From assembly GCA_049325335.1 (NCBI GenBank), contig JBMOMC010000044.1, positions 96,001 to 160,000 on the forward strand: a stretch of DNA of 64,000 nt, in the 5' to 3' direction. A model generated the notes under the pieces. That model was not told the origin of the DNA. It worked only from the letters and a program-made list of their open reading frames with translations, and did not search any database. Shown here one piece after another: positions 18,834 through 27,875 of this stretch. The position numbers were made by a program, and so were the translations under genes. Origin of the DNA: Nitrospirota bacterium (GTDB lineage: Bacteria; Nitrospirota; Nitrospiria; 2-01-FULL-66-17). How positions within the stretch are numbered: position 1 is the stretch's first letter; each line of letters opens with the position of its first letter.

Positions 18834-19442
18834 TTAGCGCTCCGCTTTGGGGATCACGAGCTTCAGCGCGGTATGCGTCTCAGAAAAACCGACCACCTTG
18901 TTGGCAACCAACCCCGCCGCGCGGGCCGCGGCCATCACGTCGGTATCTTTGATGCGCGCCTGCTTGCCCTTGAGCGAGACGACCCAGATCGCCCCGTCGG
19001 GCTTGAGCGAGGCCTTGATGCGCGTGAGCGAGTCGAGCTCGTCGAGGCTGTCGGCCGCATAGAAGAGCAGGTCTACATCGCGCTTGGGCTTGGGAGTGAT
19101 CTGGTCCGTCCGGGTCTGAAGTTGTGTGAGAAACGTCTGATCCTGCACGCCGATCACGCACACACTCGCGCCGGGTTTGACGCCCAGCTTATCGAGTAGG
19201 CCTTTGGGGTTCTTGATCTTGCTCGCCCACGCCTCGGCTGTTTTTCCCAGTTCCAACACGGCCGTACCTGCTGGAACGGTCAGCGTGAGGCGGCCGTCTC
19301 GCGCCTCAACATGCGTGAGATTCTTGAGTGGGATCGGGAGCCGAAAGTCTCCCCGGAACACCAGGCTGGTTGAATCGAGGTGGGCCGTGCCTTTGGAACT
19401 GCGCCCCTCAAACCAGCAGGTACAACGTGCCTCTGACCCCAT
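18834..19442 (-). CDS. DUF3052-like protein
   Basis: LDKLGVKPG, LKPDGAIWV..KG, GLVANKV. Confidence 0.7.
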   Translation of the reverse strand: MGSEARCTCWFEGRSSKGTAHLDSTSLVFRGDFRLPIPLKNLTHVEARDGRLTLTVPAGTAVLELGKTAEAWASKIKNPKGLLDKLGVKPGASVCVIGVQDQTFLTQLQTRTDQITPKPKRDVDLLFYAADSLDELDSLTRIKASLKPDGAIWVVSLKGKQARIKDTDVMAAARAAGLVANKVVGFSETHTALKLVIPKAER

Positions 19443-19987
19443 ACCCTCAGCCGATCATGTGACGAGCCATACTGACGATGAGCACCAAATATATCGCAGA
19501 ACGGCAGCCTCGCCGTCAATCTCGCCTTCCAAGCGCGGTTCGTTCTCACGAACGCGGCGCGCGGGCCGTCTCAGCGACTCCCGCTGACAGCAGTCACCCA
19601 GTAAAGCCCGGCCACTCCCCAACATGGCTCCACAACCCGCTCAACCCGCCAGCCGTCGTGGCTTACGCTCGCCATCCCGTACGTTCACACAATGGTCATA
19701 CGCCGTCATTGTCCTGTCCCGTTCGGCATGTGCGGTGCCTGACGCCAACGCCAACGGGCGATGTACCAAGAAAGACCTGAAGGCGTTCAGCGTCGCGTCG
19801 AATATCGCCAAGGCGAACTTTTTCATCAACCCTTGGGTCACCTGTCGTCACGCCAATTTGGAACGTACGTCACGTGGGGTGGGGCACGGACCACCTCACG
19901 TTTTCCCCCTGCAAAACGGACATTTCACCATGAGTCGAAGCACCACCGACGCACGACCGCGTCTGAACACCAGAATCCCTAAGACAA

Positions 19988-20026
19988 TGTCATCGAATCG
20001 TCACAACCCGATCATGTTCCCGTCAA
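19988..20026 (+). promoter_or_regulatory. Pho-box-like 11-bp periodic direct repeats
   Basis: GTCA/ATCA at 19989, 20000, 20011 and 20022. Confidence 0.55.
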
Positions 20027-20100
20027 AGTCCCGGCGTAGAGTGGAGCACGTTGAGCGTGAGCCCCGGCCCGAGCAAGGGCCACAACGCGAGGAGGAGTTA

Positions 20101-20508
20101 ATGGGAACGATGCACATGGCGGGGACCAGGATCGAACGCCTGCTGTTCATCTACAACGCGGACTCCGGCACATGGGGCGCGTTCGTGGACAGCGCCAAAA
20201 AGCTTCTGATGATCAACGGTTGCGCCCTGTGCAGCATCACACACGGGCTGGCCGGCGAGCGGTCGGAGTGGAAAGACTGCAAGGAGGAATTGGGGGTGCC
20301 GATCGACTACGTGCATCGGGACGAGCTGACTTCGCAGCTCAAGGCATTGGTCGGCGACGCGCTCCCCTGCATCGTGGCCCAGACCCGTTCCGGACCGATC
20401 CTCTTGGTGCGGCCGGAAGTCCTGGAGCGTTGTCGGGGCAGCGTCGGCGAGTTGAAGGGCAAGATTCTGTATTACGCCGGGTTGAAAGACCTGGAGCTCG
20501 CCGCATGA
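20101..20508 (+). CDS. Conserved hypothetical CxxC protein
   Basis: GGAGG RBS; LLFIYNADSG..CALCSITHG..HRDE. Confidence 0.75.
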   Translation: MGTMHMAGTRIERLLFIYNADSGTWGAFVDSAKKLLMINGCALCSITHGLAGERSEWKDCKEELGVPIDYVHRDELTSQLKALVGDALPCIVAQTRSGPILLVRPEVLERCRGSVGELKGKILYYAGLKDLELAA

Positions 20509-20589
20509 CACGGGGTTCTTGATAGTGCTGGAGCACGCAGCAAGAGAGGAGGATCATGAATGACCACTCGACACCCAAGGAGAACTGGC

Positions 20590-21090
20590 ATGAACACGAC
20601 TCGATTTTCCGTTGCCGCCCTGTTGCTGGCCGTCGGTCTCGCGTCTCCCTTCGCCCACGCCGAGATGATGGACAAGGGCATGATGCAGGACAAGGGCATG
20701 ATGCAAGACAAGAAAATGATGGGCGGAGAGATGACCGGCATGTTGATGGGCGCCAAAGATCACCATGCGAGCGGGACCGTGTCCCTCACCAAGGATATGG
20801 GCGGTCACACTCTGTTGCGCGTGGAGAATCTGAAGGTTGACAAGGTGCCTGACGGCCGCGTGTACCTGGCCAAAGATGGAGACTACACAAGCGGCGTGGA
20901 GCTTGGGAAGCTCACGCAATTCTCCGGCACGGTACAGTACGCGATCCCAGCCACCGTCGATCCCGCTGACTACAACAGCGTGGTGATCTGGTGCAAGAAG
21001 TTCAACGTGGAAATCGGCCGGGCCATGTTCGACGCAGATGGAATGACGGCGGACGACCACATGCAGGACAAGGGCATGATGAAGCAGTAG
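20590..21090 (+). CDS. Exported DM13 domain protein with Met-rich repeats
   Basis: Signal peptide; H.ASGTV, PDGRVYL, ELGKL, SVVIWCKKF; MMQDKG repeats at both ends. Confidence 0.85.
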   Translation: MNTTRFSVAALLLAVGLASPFAHAEMMDKGMMQDKGMMQDKKMMGGEMTGMLMGAKDHHASGTVSLTKDMGGHTLLRVENLKVDKVPDGRVYLAKDGDYTSGVELGKLTQFSGTVQYAIPATVDPADYNSVVIWCKKFNVEIGRAMFDADGMTADDHMQDKGMMKQ

Positions 21091-21200
21091 ACTGATCAAC
21101 ACGGCTCGTGCATGGCTGTACCACCATACTCACCGTGGCGAGCGGTCACGCGTCGCCGGGAAACGTCGTGGGTGGCCGGCGGCATAGCGGAAGGACCTGG

Positions 21201-22028
21201 ATGCGGCGTCCCAGATTGGTGCTGACGATTCTCGTTCCCCTCCTTCTGGCGTCGGGGGAAGTTCATGGCGCACCGAGGGCCGAGCGTTGGACCTTCTGGG
21301 ATGCCTCGCGGTCAGACAGCGCGGTACCGGTCGATCACACGGCGTGGGATCGATTCTTGGCATCCTACCTGATATCCGAACATCCGAGCGGGATCAACCG
21401 TGTGCGGTACGCCGACGTCACCACGGCCGATCGAAAGGGCCTCAAGGCCTACCTGGCTCAACTCCAAGCGGTCAAAGTGCGGAGGTTAAACCGAACGGAG
21501 CAAAAGGCCTACTGGATCAACCTCTACAACGCCCTGACCGTCGACGTGATGCTTGATCACATTCCGGTGGCAAGCATCATGGAGGTCAACATCTCCCCGG
21601 GCTTGCTGAGTCGCGGACCGTGGGGGAAGAAGCTGGTTGCAGTCGAGGGCCAGGACCTGGCGCTTGACGACATCGAGCACCGGATCCTCCGGCCGATCTG
21701 GCAGGACCCGCGCGTGCACTACGCTCTGAACTGCGCAAGCCTCGGATGCCCCAACCTCCAGCCCAAGGCGTTCACCGCGGAGAACACCGAACTGATGCTC
21801 GATCAGGCTGCGCAGGAGTACACCAACCACCCGCGCGGCGTCACCGTCAAGAACGGCCGGATCGTCGTGTCGAGCATCTACGTCTGGTTTCAGGACGACT
21901 TCGGGGGCACCGACGCAGGTGTGCTGGCGCACATCCGCCGTTACGCGGACGATCGGCTTCGACGGAAACTCGAGCGCATCACGCGGATCTCCGATCACGC
22001 GTACGACTGGCGCATCAACAGCCCCTAA
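21201..22028 (+). CDS. DUF547 domain exported protein
   Basis: AYWINLYNALT, LDDIEHRILR, DPRVHYALNCASLGCP, SSIYVWF..DF, YDW. Confidence 0.9.
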   Translation: MRRPRLVLTILVPLLLASGEVHGAPRAERWTFWDASRSDSAVPVDHTAWDRFLASYLISEHPSGINRVRYADVTTADRKGLKAYLAQLQAVKVRRLNRTEQKAYWINLYNALTVDVMLDHIPVASIMEVNISPGLLSRGPWGKKLVAVEGQDLALDDIEHRILRPIWQDPRVHYALNCASLGCPNLQPKAFTAENTELMLDQAAQEYTNHPRGVTVKNGRIVVSSIYVWFQDDFGGTDAGVLAHIRRYADDRLRRKLERITRISDHAYDWRINSP

Positions 22029-22146
22029 TTTCAATCGCAATCGCGCGAGCGTGTGGTCGTTCGATCGTCCCCGTATGCTGCGCGACCGCGTCGCCGGACG
22101 GGGTATTGCAATCCTCGCGATTTTCGCCATACTTGAGCCCGCTGCC

Positions 22147-23634
22147 ATGGAATGGCTCGGACCTTTTCAGAGTCGCCGCCGGGAGGGATCCCGGCGCGAC
22201 ACATCGCTGACCACCCGTCTCGTTGGATTGATCGCCGTGGTCGTCGTGGCGACCCTCTCGCTGACCACGTGGCGGATCTACGTGGATCGGAACCGGTCGC
22301 TCGAAGACGACCTCGGGCAACGACTCTTGAGCATCGTGCAGACCGCGGCCTTGATGATCGACGGCGCCGCACACGAGGAGATCGCCGCTCCAGAAGATGC
22401 GACGATTCCCGAATTCCTCGAACTCCGTTCGCGCCTTCGGCTGGTCCAATCGGCCAACGGCCTGAACTCGTCCATCTACACGCTGCGGCGCCTCGGCAAC
22501 GCGACCGAGTTCGTGGTCATGACCGATGAGATGCCCTATATCGGCAACCGGTACCAGCTTCGCCGGGAAATGCTCCCCGTGTTCGAACAGGGTCGTTCGA
22601 CGTATACCCGTCTCTACGTGGATGATCACGGCGAGTGGATCTCGGCGTATGCGCCCATTCGCGACGCCACGGGGCATGTCGTCGGCCTGCTGGATCTCGA
22701 TTACCCGGCGGACACGTTTCAAACGGCATCGCGCGCCTACCGGAACCGATTGCTCGCGTTTTCCGCGTTCTCGCTGCTCATCGCGGGAATCTTGGGCGTC
22801 ATGTTCGCACGTTCCGTGGCAAGGCCGGTCCGTTCCCTCACCAACACCATGGCCCGCGTCATCGAGACCGACAATCTGGATGTGACGGTGCAACCTACCG
22901 GAACCATCCGCGAGATGAATGACCTCTCCCGCACGTTCAACATCTTGACCCGATCCCTTCAGCACTCGCGGGAGAAGGTTCGCACCACCCAAATCGTCAC
23001 GATCGGCAAACTTGCCTCGCTCGCCGAGAAACGCGATCCGGAAACGGGCGAACATCTCCTTCGAATGGCCGACTACACTAAGATCCTGGCCCGGCAGCTC
23101 CATCGCACCGATCCGTACCAGGACACGATTACGGAAGCCTGGATCGACGCGATCTATGAAGCCGCTCCCCTGCATGACATTGGAAAAGTCGCCATTATTG
23201 ACCGGGTCCTCCTCAAACCCGGGAAGCTGACCGATGAGGAATTCGCAATCATGAAAACTCACTCCGGTATCGGAGCCGCCGTGCTGGAGGGCGTGGACTT
23301 CCTGGACATCGCGAGCCAAATCGCCTGGAGCCACCACGAGAAATGGGACGGCACCGGCTATCCTCGGGGACTTGCCGGAACCGCCATTCCCTTGCCCGCA
23401 CGGATTGTCGCGCTGGCCGATGTCTACGATGCGTTGACGTCTCGTCGCGTCTACAAAGATGCGATGACCCACGAGGCGGCCCGACGCATCATTCTCGACG
23501 GACGCGGCAAACACTTCGCCCCGGACGTGGTTGAGGCGTTCGTCGACGTCGAACACGAATTCCTCCCGGTTCGCGAGCAATATGCGGATCTGAGCGCTCA
23601 GCCAAAGCACGAGCCGTACGACCGTGCCGCATAG
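22147..23634 (+). CDS. Membrane sensor HAMP / HD-GYP cyclic-dinucleotide phosphodiesterase (start uncertain)
   Basis: 2 TM with periplasmic domain, HAMP, ETGEH, LHDIGK, HHEKWDGTGYP, ADVYDAL. Confidence 0.9.
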   Translation: MEWLGPFQSRRREGSRRDTSLTTRLVGLIAVVVVATLSLTTWRIYVDRNRSLEDDLGQRLLSIVQTAALMIDGAAHEEIAAPEDATIPEFLELRSRLRLVQSANGLNSSIYTLRRLGNATEFVVMTDEMPYIGNRYQLRREMLPVFEQGRSTYTRLYVDDHGEWISAYAPIRDATGHVVGLLDLDYPADTFQTASRAYRNRLLAFSAFSLLIAGILGVMFARSVARPVRSLTNTMARVIETDNLDVTVQPTGTIREMNDLSRTFNILTRSLQHSREKVRTTQIVTIGKLASLAEKRDPETGEHLLRMADYTKILARQLHRTDPYQDTITEAWIDAIYEAAPLHDIGKVAIIDRVLLKPGKLTDEEFAIMKTHSGIGAAVLEGVDFLDIASQIAWSHHEKWDGTGYPRGLAGTAIPLPARIVALADVYDALTSRRVYKDAMTHEAARRIILDGRGKHFAPDVVEAFVDVEHEFLPVREQYADLSAQPKHEPYDRAA

Positions 23635-24064
23635 CCGAAACCGACCGCAACGTGTCCGGACGAGCGATCACACCACCGGTTGCCGGCCGTGGATTCCCGC
23701 CGTTGGACTGCTCGCGGCACTTGTGCTCTCCCCGTTTGACACAGCCCTGGCTTCGGGAACGTTCGTTCCACCGCCGATCCCGCAAAACTTCAAGGACATC
23801 CCGATCAACGAAAAAATCGCGATTGGTGACGCGCTGTTTCATGGCAAGCCGAACAGCATGACTGGGCCGCTGCCGGGCAAGCCGTGTATCGAGTGCCACA
23901 TGGGGGACGCGCGCCTCAAACGCAAGCGACTGATCGAAATTCGAGACCATTTGGAAGAAGCCATCGCCAAGGAGCACCTCCTCCGCTACGGCGTTCCAGG
24001 AGACGAGGTGACCATCAAATGCCTGTACTACTACCTCTATTCGCGCTGGAGGTTGCAGCGGTGA
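23624..24064 (+). CDS. Small exported monoheme cytochrome c
   Basis: Signal peptide, GDALF, CIECH. Confidence 0.65.
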   Translation: MPHSRNRPQRVRTSDHTTGCRPWIPAVGLLAALVLSPFDTALASGTFVPPPIPQNFKDIPINEKIAIGDALFHGKPNSMTGPLPGKPCIECHMGDARLKRKRLIEIRDHLEEAIAKEHLLRYGVPGDEVTIKCLYYYLYSRWRLQR

Positions 24065-24885
24065 GGCGCCCCGCGCTGGGCGCAGCGCTGGGGCTGATCG
24101 TCATCGCCATGGCCTCCCCCGCATGGGCCGGACCCTGGACCGTGGCCGAAGGCGAAGCCGTGGTCTCGATGACCTACATCCAGACCGAGTTCGACCGCTT
24201 CTACAATGTCGACAGGGAACGGCGGACCCTGCCCGGGCCGATCCGGCACCGCGACGCGGTCCTCACCTTGACGTATGGGTTTATCGAAGACTGGGACGCG
24301 GCCATTCAGGTCAGTCGATACGACGCAGAGCGATTGTTTCCCGGCAACGAGGCGGCGCAATCAGGATTGGGCGACAGCCGGTTTGGCATCAAGCACCTCG
24401 TCTACCACGGCGCAATCGATGTAGCGGCCCAAGCGGGCATCAAGCTGGCTGGCCGATACGATGCTGACGTCATCCACTCACCCGGAGACGGCCAGACCGA
24501 TTTCGAGGCTCGCGTCCTGGGGGGCAAGTTTTGGGATCGCGCGTTCGTGGATCTCGAAGCCGCATACCGCCTTCGCCTCGGGCCGGTCTCTGACGAGTAT
24601 GAGATCTTGCTCGATGCCGGGTACGCGATCACCTCCTGGCTCCACGGTCGCCTGTTTTCACGGCTGGTGGACGCGCGAACCGGTGTGGGCTCCACCGATG
24701 ACCCTAATGTGGAATTGCGGTTGACCGAGGAAGACACCCTCTCGCTCGGGGGGGCGATCTCCCTTCGGCTGCTGTCGGGGCTGGAACTGACGCTGCAGTA
24801 CACCACGGTGGTCGCTGGTCGCAACACCCCGATCAGGCCCGACCTTGGTGTGAGCGTGGCGTACAGCTTTGACTTCTTTCTGTAA
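24061..24885 (+). CDS. Putative outer-membrane beta-barrel protein
   Basis: GTG overlapping upstream TGA; signal peptide PAWA; GLGD..G, alternating beta strands, aromatic C-terminus. Confidence 0.6.
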   Translation: MRRPALGAALGLIVIAMASPAWAGPWTVAEGEAVVSMTYIQTEFDRFYNVDRERRTLPGPIRHRDAVLTLTYGFIEDWDAAIQVSRYDAERLFPGNEAAQSGLGDSRFGIKHLVYHGAIDVAAQAGIKLAGRYDADVIHSPGDGQTDFEARVLGGKFWDRAFVDLEAAYRLRLGPVSDEYEILLDAGYAITSWLHGRLFSRLVDARTGVGSTDDPNVELRLTEEDTLSLGGAISLRLLSGLELTLQYTTVVAGRNTPIRPDLGVSVAYSFDFFL

Positions 24886-24892
24886 GCATCCA

Positions 24893-26212
24893 ATGGCGCT
24901 GGATCGGTTCCTCATCGGCGCCGGGCTCGGGCTCCTCGCTCTCTTTGCCGTGCCTGTGATGATTCCTGACTACCCGCGCGCGGTCGTCCCGTTTCTGGGC
25001 GTGTATGGCGCCGCCTCGGTGGTGTGGCTCGCCGCGGTATGGCGCGTGATGCGCGCGGACCACATCGGCCCCCGAACCCTCACTTTGGTCGTGGTCTTTG
25101 CGCTCTTGTTTCGCGGCGTGGTCCTCCCGCAAGCCTCGATCCTCGACGATGACCTCTACCGGTACGTGTGGGATGGCCGCATGACGTGGCACGGGGTCAA
25201 CCCCTATCGTTCTGCCCCAAACGATGACGCATTGTCCGGCTATCGAGATCCCCTGATCTACCCGCACATCAACTTCCCATACGTCCCGTCCATCTACCCT
25301 CCGTTGACCCAGCTCGTGTTCGCATCCGTGGTCGGCCTCTTCGGGGAAACCCTGATCGCGATGAAGCTCGCTTGGACCGTGTTCGATGTTCTGCTCATCG
25401 CGGCTGCCATCGCCCTGCTGCGCGCCGTGAACCTTAATCCCGCGCGGGTGATTGTCTACGCGTGGGCGCCGCTCGCGGTCAAAGAGGTCGCGGGGTCAGG
25501 GCACATGGACGCCTTCCCCGTGTTGCTGACACTCCTCGCCGTATTGTGGGCGGCGCGCAGACCCGTGGTCAGCTCGATCGCCTTGGGTGCGGCCATCGCC
25601 GCCAAGCTGTACCCGATCCTGCTCGTGCCGGTGTTCCTGCGGCAACTCCGCGGCCGCAGCCTGCTCATTCCTACTGTCGTGCTGATCGCCTGCGCGCCGT
25701 TTGCTTCGGTGCCGGCCAACCAAATGTTGCAGGGCCTCCGCATCTACGGCGAGTATTGGATGTTTAACCCCGGCGTGTTCGACCTGCTGCAACGGACACT
25801 CTCACTCATCACCACGCACGGCGTCCTCACAGCCAAGGTCCTCGCGGCCGCCACGGTAATCGCGATCGCGCTGTGGCGGGTCGGACACGGCGCCGACTCG
25901 GTCCGCGACCTGGCCGCGTCCGTGGTCTGGATCCTGGGGTGCACGCTCCTGTTGGCGCCGACCGCGGACCCGTGGTACTTGTTGTGGGTCCTGCCGTTTC
26001 TGTGCGTGCACCCCAATCCCGGGCTGCTTGCGTGGACAGGACTCGCGGTGCTGAGCTACGGCTACTACCATGCCGGAACGGACATCGCATGGCTGAGACT
26101 CATCGAGTACGCACCGGTGCTGATCCTGCTTGGATGGTCGTGGCTGCGCAGTCGTTGGTCCCGAGGAGCCATCCCGGGGCAGGCGGTCTGGACCGCTCGC
26201 ACCTCACCGTGA
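24893..26212 (+). CDS. GT87/DUF2029-like multi-TM glycosyltransferase (GT-C fold)
   Basis: DDLYRYVWDG..GVNPY, SIYPP, YAWAPL..E..GSGH.D, KLYP, PWY. Confidence 0.85.
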   Translation: MALDRFLIGAGLGLLALFAVPVMIPDYPRAVVPFLGVYGAASVVWLAAVWRVMRADHIGPRTLTLVVVFALLFRGVVLPQASILDDDLYRYVWDGRMTWHGVNPYRSAPNDDALSGYRDPLIYPHINFPYVPSIYPPLTQLVFASVVGLFGETLIAMKLAWTVFDVLLIAAAIALLRAVNLNPARVIVYAWAPLAVKEVAGSGHMDAFPVLLTLLAVLWAARRPVVSSIALGAAIAAKLYPILLVPVFLRQLRGRSLLIPTVVLIACAPFASVPANQMLQGLRIYGEYWMFNPGVFDLLQRTLSLITTHGVLTAKVLAAATVIAIALWRVGHGADSVRDLAASVVWILGCTLLLAPTADPWYLLWVLPFLCVHPNPGLLAWTGLAVLSYGYYHAGTDIAWLRLIEYAPVLILLGWSWLRSRWSRGAIPGQAVWTARTSP

Positions 26213-26928
26213 CGCGCGACGCGCCCGCAGCACCCCGCCGCCCCCGTATCTCGGTGATCGTCCCGGTCCGCAACGACGCAACCGCGCTGCAATCGTGTCT
26301 GGGCTCGCTGGCGGCCTCCCCGTCGCCGAACCCGATCGAACTCATCGTGGTAGACGGACAGAGCTCAGATCGTTCGCTGGAGATCGCGGTTCGATTCGGC
26401 GCGCGAGGCTTGCGTGCGCCCATGGTCGGTCGGAGCGCGCAGATGCACTGCGGCGCCCAACAGGCAACCGGCGACATCCTGGTGTTCCTGCACGCCGACA
26501 CCGTCCTCCCCGCAGGCTGGGTCGACCGCATCGAACAGGCGTTTTGGCTGAGTGCGACACCGCCGGCGGCCGCCGCATTCGACGTGGCGTTCGATTCCAG
26601 CCGGATGGTGTTCAAAGCCCTCTCGGCCCTGGCCAACCTCCGCAGCCGTCTCACCCGCCTGCCCCACGGGGACCAGGCGCTCATTGTCTCGCGGCAGACG
26701 TACATGTCTGCTGGCGGGTTCCCCAACGTACCGCTGATGGAAGAGTACCTGTTCATCCCCAAGCTGAAGCAATTCGGTCGCATCGCCCAGTTCCCGGAGC
26801 GAGTCGTCACCTCATCCCGGCGATACGCCCGCGACGGCGCGATCCGCACCACGCTCAAAAAGGTGGGGTTGATCGTGCTGTTCTACGTCGGGGTGCCGCC
26901 GGCACGGCTGGCTCGCTGGTATTGGTAA
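26209..26928 (+). CDS. TIGR04283-type GT2 glycosyltransferase (rSAM/arsenosugar-associated)
   Basis: ISVIVPV.N, VVDGQSSD, GRSAQM..GA, FLHADT, PHGDQ, GGFPNVPLMEE, TSSRRY, LARWY. Confidence 0.85.
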   Translation: MTRDAPAAPRRPRISVIVPVRNDATALQSCLGSLAASPSPNPIELIVVDGQSSDRSLEIAVRFGARGLRAPMVGRSAQMHCGAQQATGDILVFLHADTVLPAGWVDRIEQAFWLSATPPAAAAFDVAFDSSRMVFKALSALANLRSRLTRLPHGDQALIVSRQTYMSAGGFPNVPLMEEYLFIPKLKQFGRIAQFPERVVTSSRRYARDGAIRTTLKKVGLIVLFYVGVPPARLARWYW

Positions 26929-26958
26929 CGTTCATCGAATCGTCATACAGCAGTCATC
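26929..26958 (+). promoter_or_regulatory. Pho-box-like 11-bp periodic repeats upstream of the spondin gene
   Basis: TTCA/GTCA/GTCA at 26931, 26942, 26953; shares TCATCGAATCGTCA with 19990-20003. Confidence 0.55.
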
Positions 26959-27038
26959 AGGCCTACATGTCCAGCGCGTATGGTCCTTCCTGTTGGGCAG
27001 GCAGTCTGCCCGCTACCACCCTCAACAGGAGGATTTCG

Positions 27039-27710
27039 ATGCACACACCATGGCGTTTGACAGTGGCGGCAGGTCTGATCATAATGGCGAGCGGCCTCTC
27101 CGCTCTCCCGGCGTACGCGGGCGACGACGACGGCCGCCGCTACGCGGTGACCATCACCAACCTGACTCGCGGACAGGTGCTGACCCCGCCGGTCGTGATC
27201 GTGCACAATCGGCAGTTCACCCTGTTCACCCCAGGAGAGCCCGCGCGTCCCGAGTTGGCCCGACTCGCGGAAGACGGCATGACCCAACCGTTGCTCGACC
27301 TGCTCGGCACCGAGCACGGCGTGTACCAAACGCAGGTGGGTAGCGTGATTCCTCCCGGTGCGTCAACTACCGTTGAAATCGAGATCTCCGGTCCGTTCCG
27401 GCTCCTGACCGCTGCCGGCATGCTTGCGTCCACCAATGACGGGTTCTATGCGGTCGAGGACATCAAGGTGTCCGAAAAGGGCAGCATGGAAGTTGACGCG
27501 GATGCGTACGATGCGGGCAGCGAGGCCAACAACGAGTCGTGCGCCTTTATCCCCGGCCCGCCGTGCGGCCACCCTGGCGTTCGCGACACGGTTGGAGCCG
27601 AGGGCTTCGTGCATATCCACGCCGGAATTCACGGTCTCGCGGATCTGGTTCCCGCGATGCACGACTGGCGGAACCCGGTGGCACAGGTCACGATCGAGCG
27701 AATCCGATGA
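27039..27710 (+). CDS. Exported Spondin_N domain protein
   Basis: AGGAGG RBS; VTITNLT.GQ.LTP, LAEDG, MLASTNDGF, AYDAGSE.N.E, GFVHIH.G. Confidence 0.88.
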   Translation: MHTPWRLTVAAGLIIMASGLSALPAYAGDDDGRRYAVTITNLTRGQVLTPPVVIVHNRQFTLFTPGEPARPELARLAEDGMTQPLLDLLGTEHGVYQTQVGSVIPPGASTTVEIEISGPFRLLTAAGMLASTNDGFYAVEDIKVSEKGSMEVDADAYDAGSEANNESCAFIPGPPCGHPGVRDTVGAEGFVHIHAGIHGLADLVPAMHDWRNPVAQVTIERIR

Positions 27711-27747
27711 CGAGAGTTCGTGGGTACGGCGCCGGGACCATCGATCG

Positions 27748-27849
27748 TTGACATACCCGCGCATGCACGGTAGATTCGGCTTTCGGTTCGCTCGGCCGAA
27801 TCTCTCAGAAACAAGCGGCCGGGACGCGGGTGCGTCCCGGCCGCTTGTT
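27748..27849 (+). promoter_or_regulatory. Sigma70-like promoter and structured leader of the rSAM-methyltransferase gene
   Basis: TTGACA-N17-TAGATT; 9-bp inverted repeat 27772-27803; perfect 18-bp stem 27810-27849. Confidence 0.55.
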
Positions 27850-27875
27850 GTGCTAACCACGACCAGGGAGGCGGT

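Noticed and set aside
19641..19841. 66-aa minus-strand ORF in the long intergenic gap
   Set aside because: No motif or clear RBS; cannot be supported without homology or expression data
19624..20100. N-terminal 159 codons of ORF 19624..20508
   Set aside because: No protein-like features; a strong RBS precedes ATG 20101 and the region holds regulatory repeats
22015..23610. 531-aa minus-strand ORF
   Set aside because: Antisense shadow of the HD-GYP gene, typical of high-GC DNA
26130..27038. Apparent 526-aa ORF extending the spondin gene upstream
   Set aside because: The upstream part is Arg/Pro-rich out-of-frame overlap with the GT2 gene; the real start is ATG 27039 with AGGAGG
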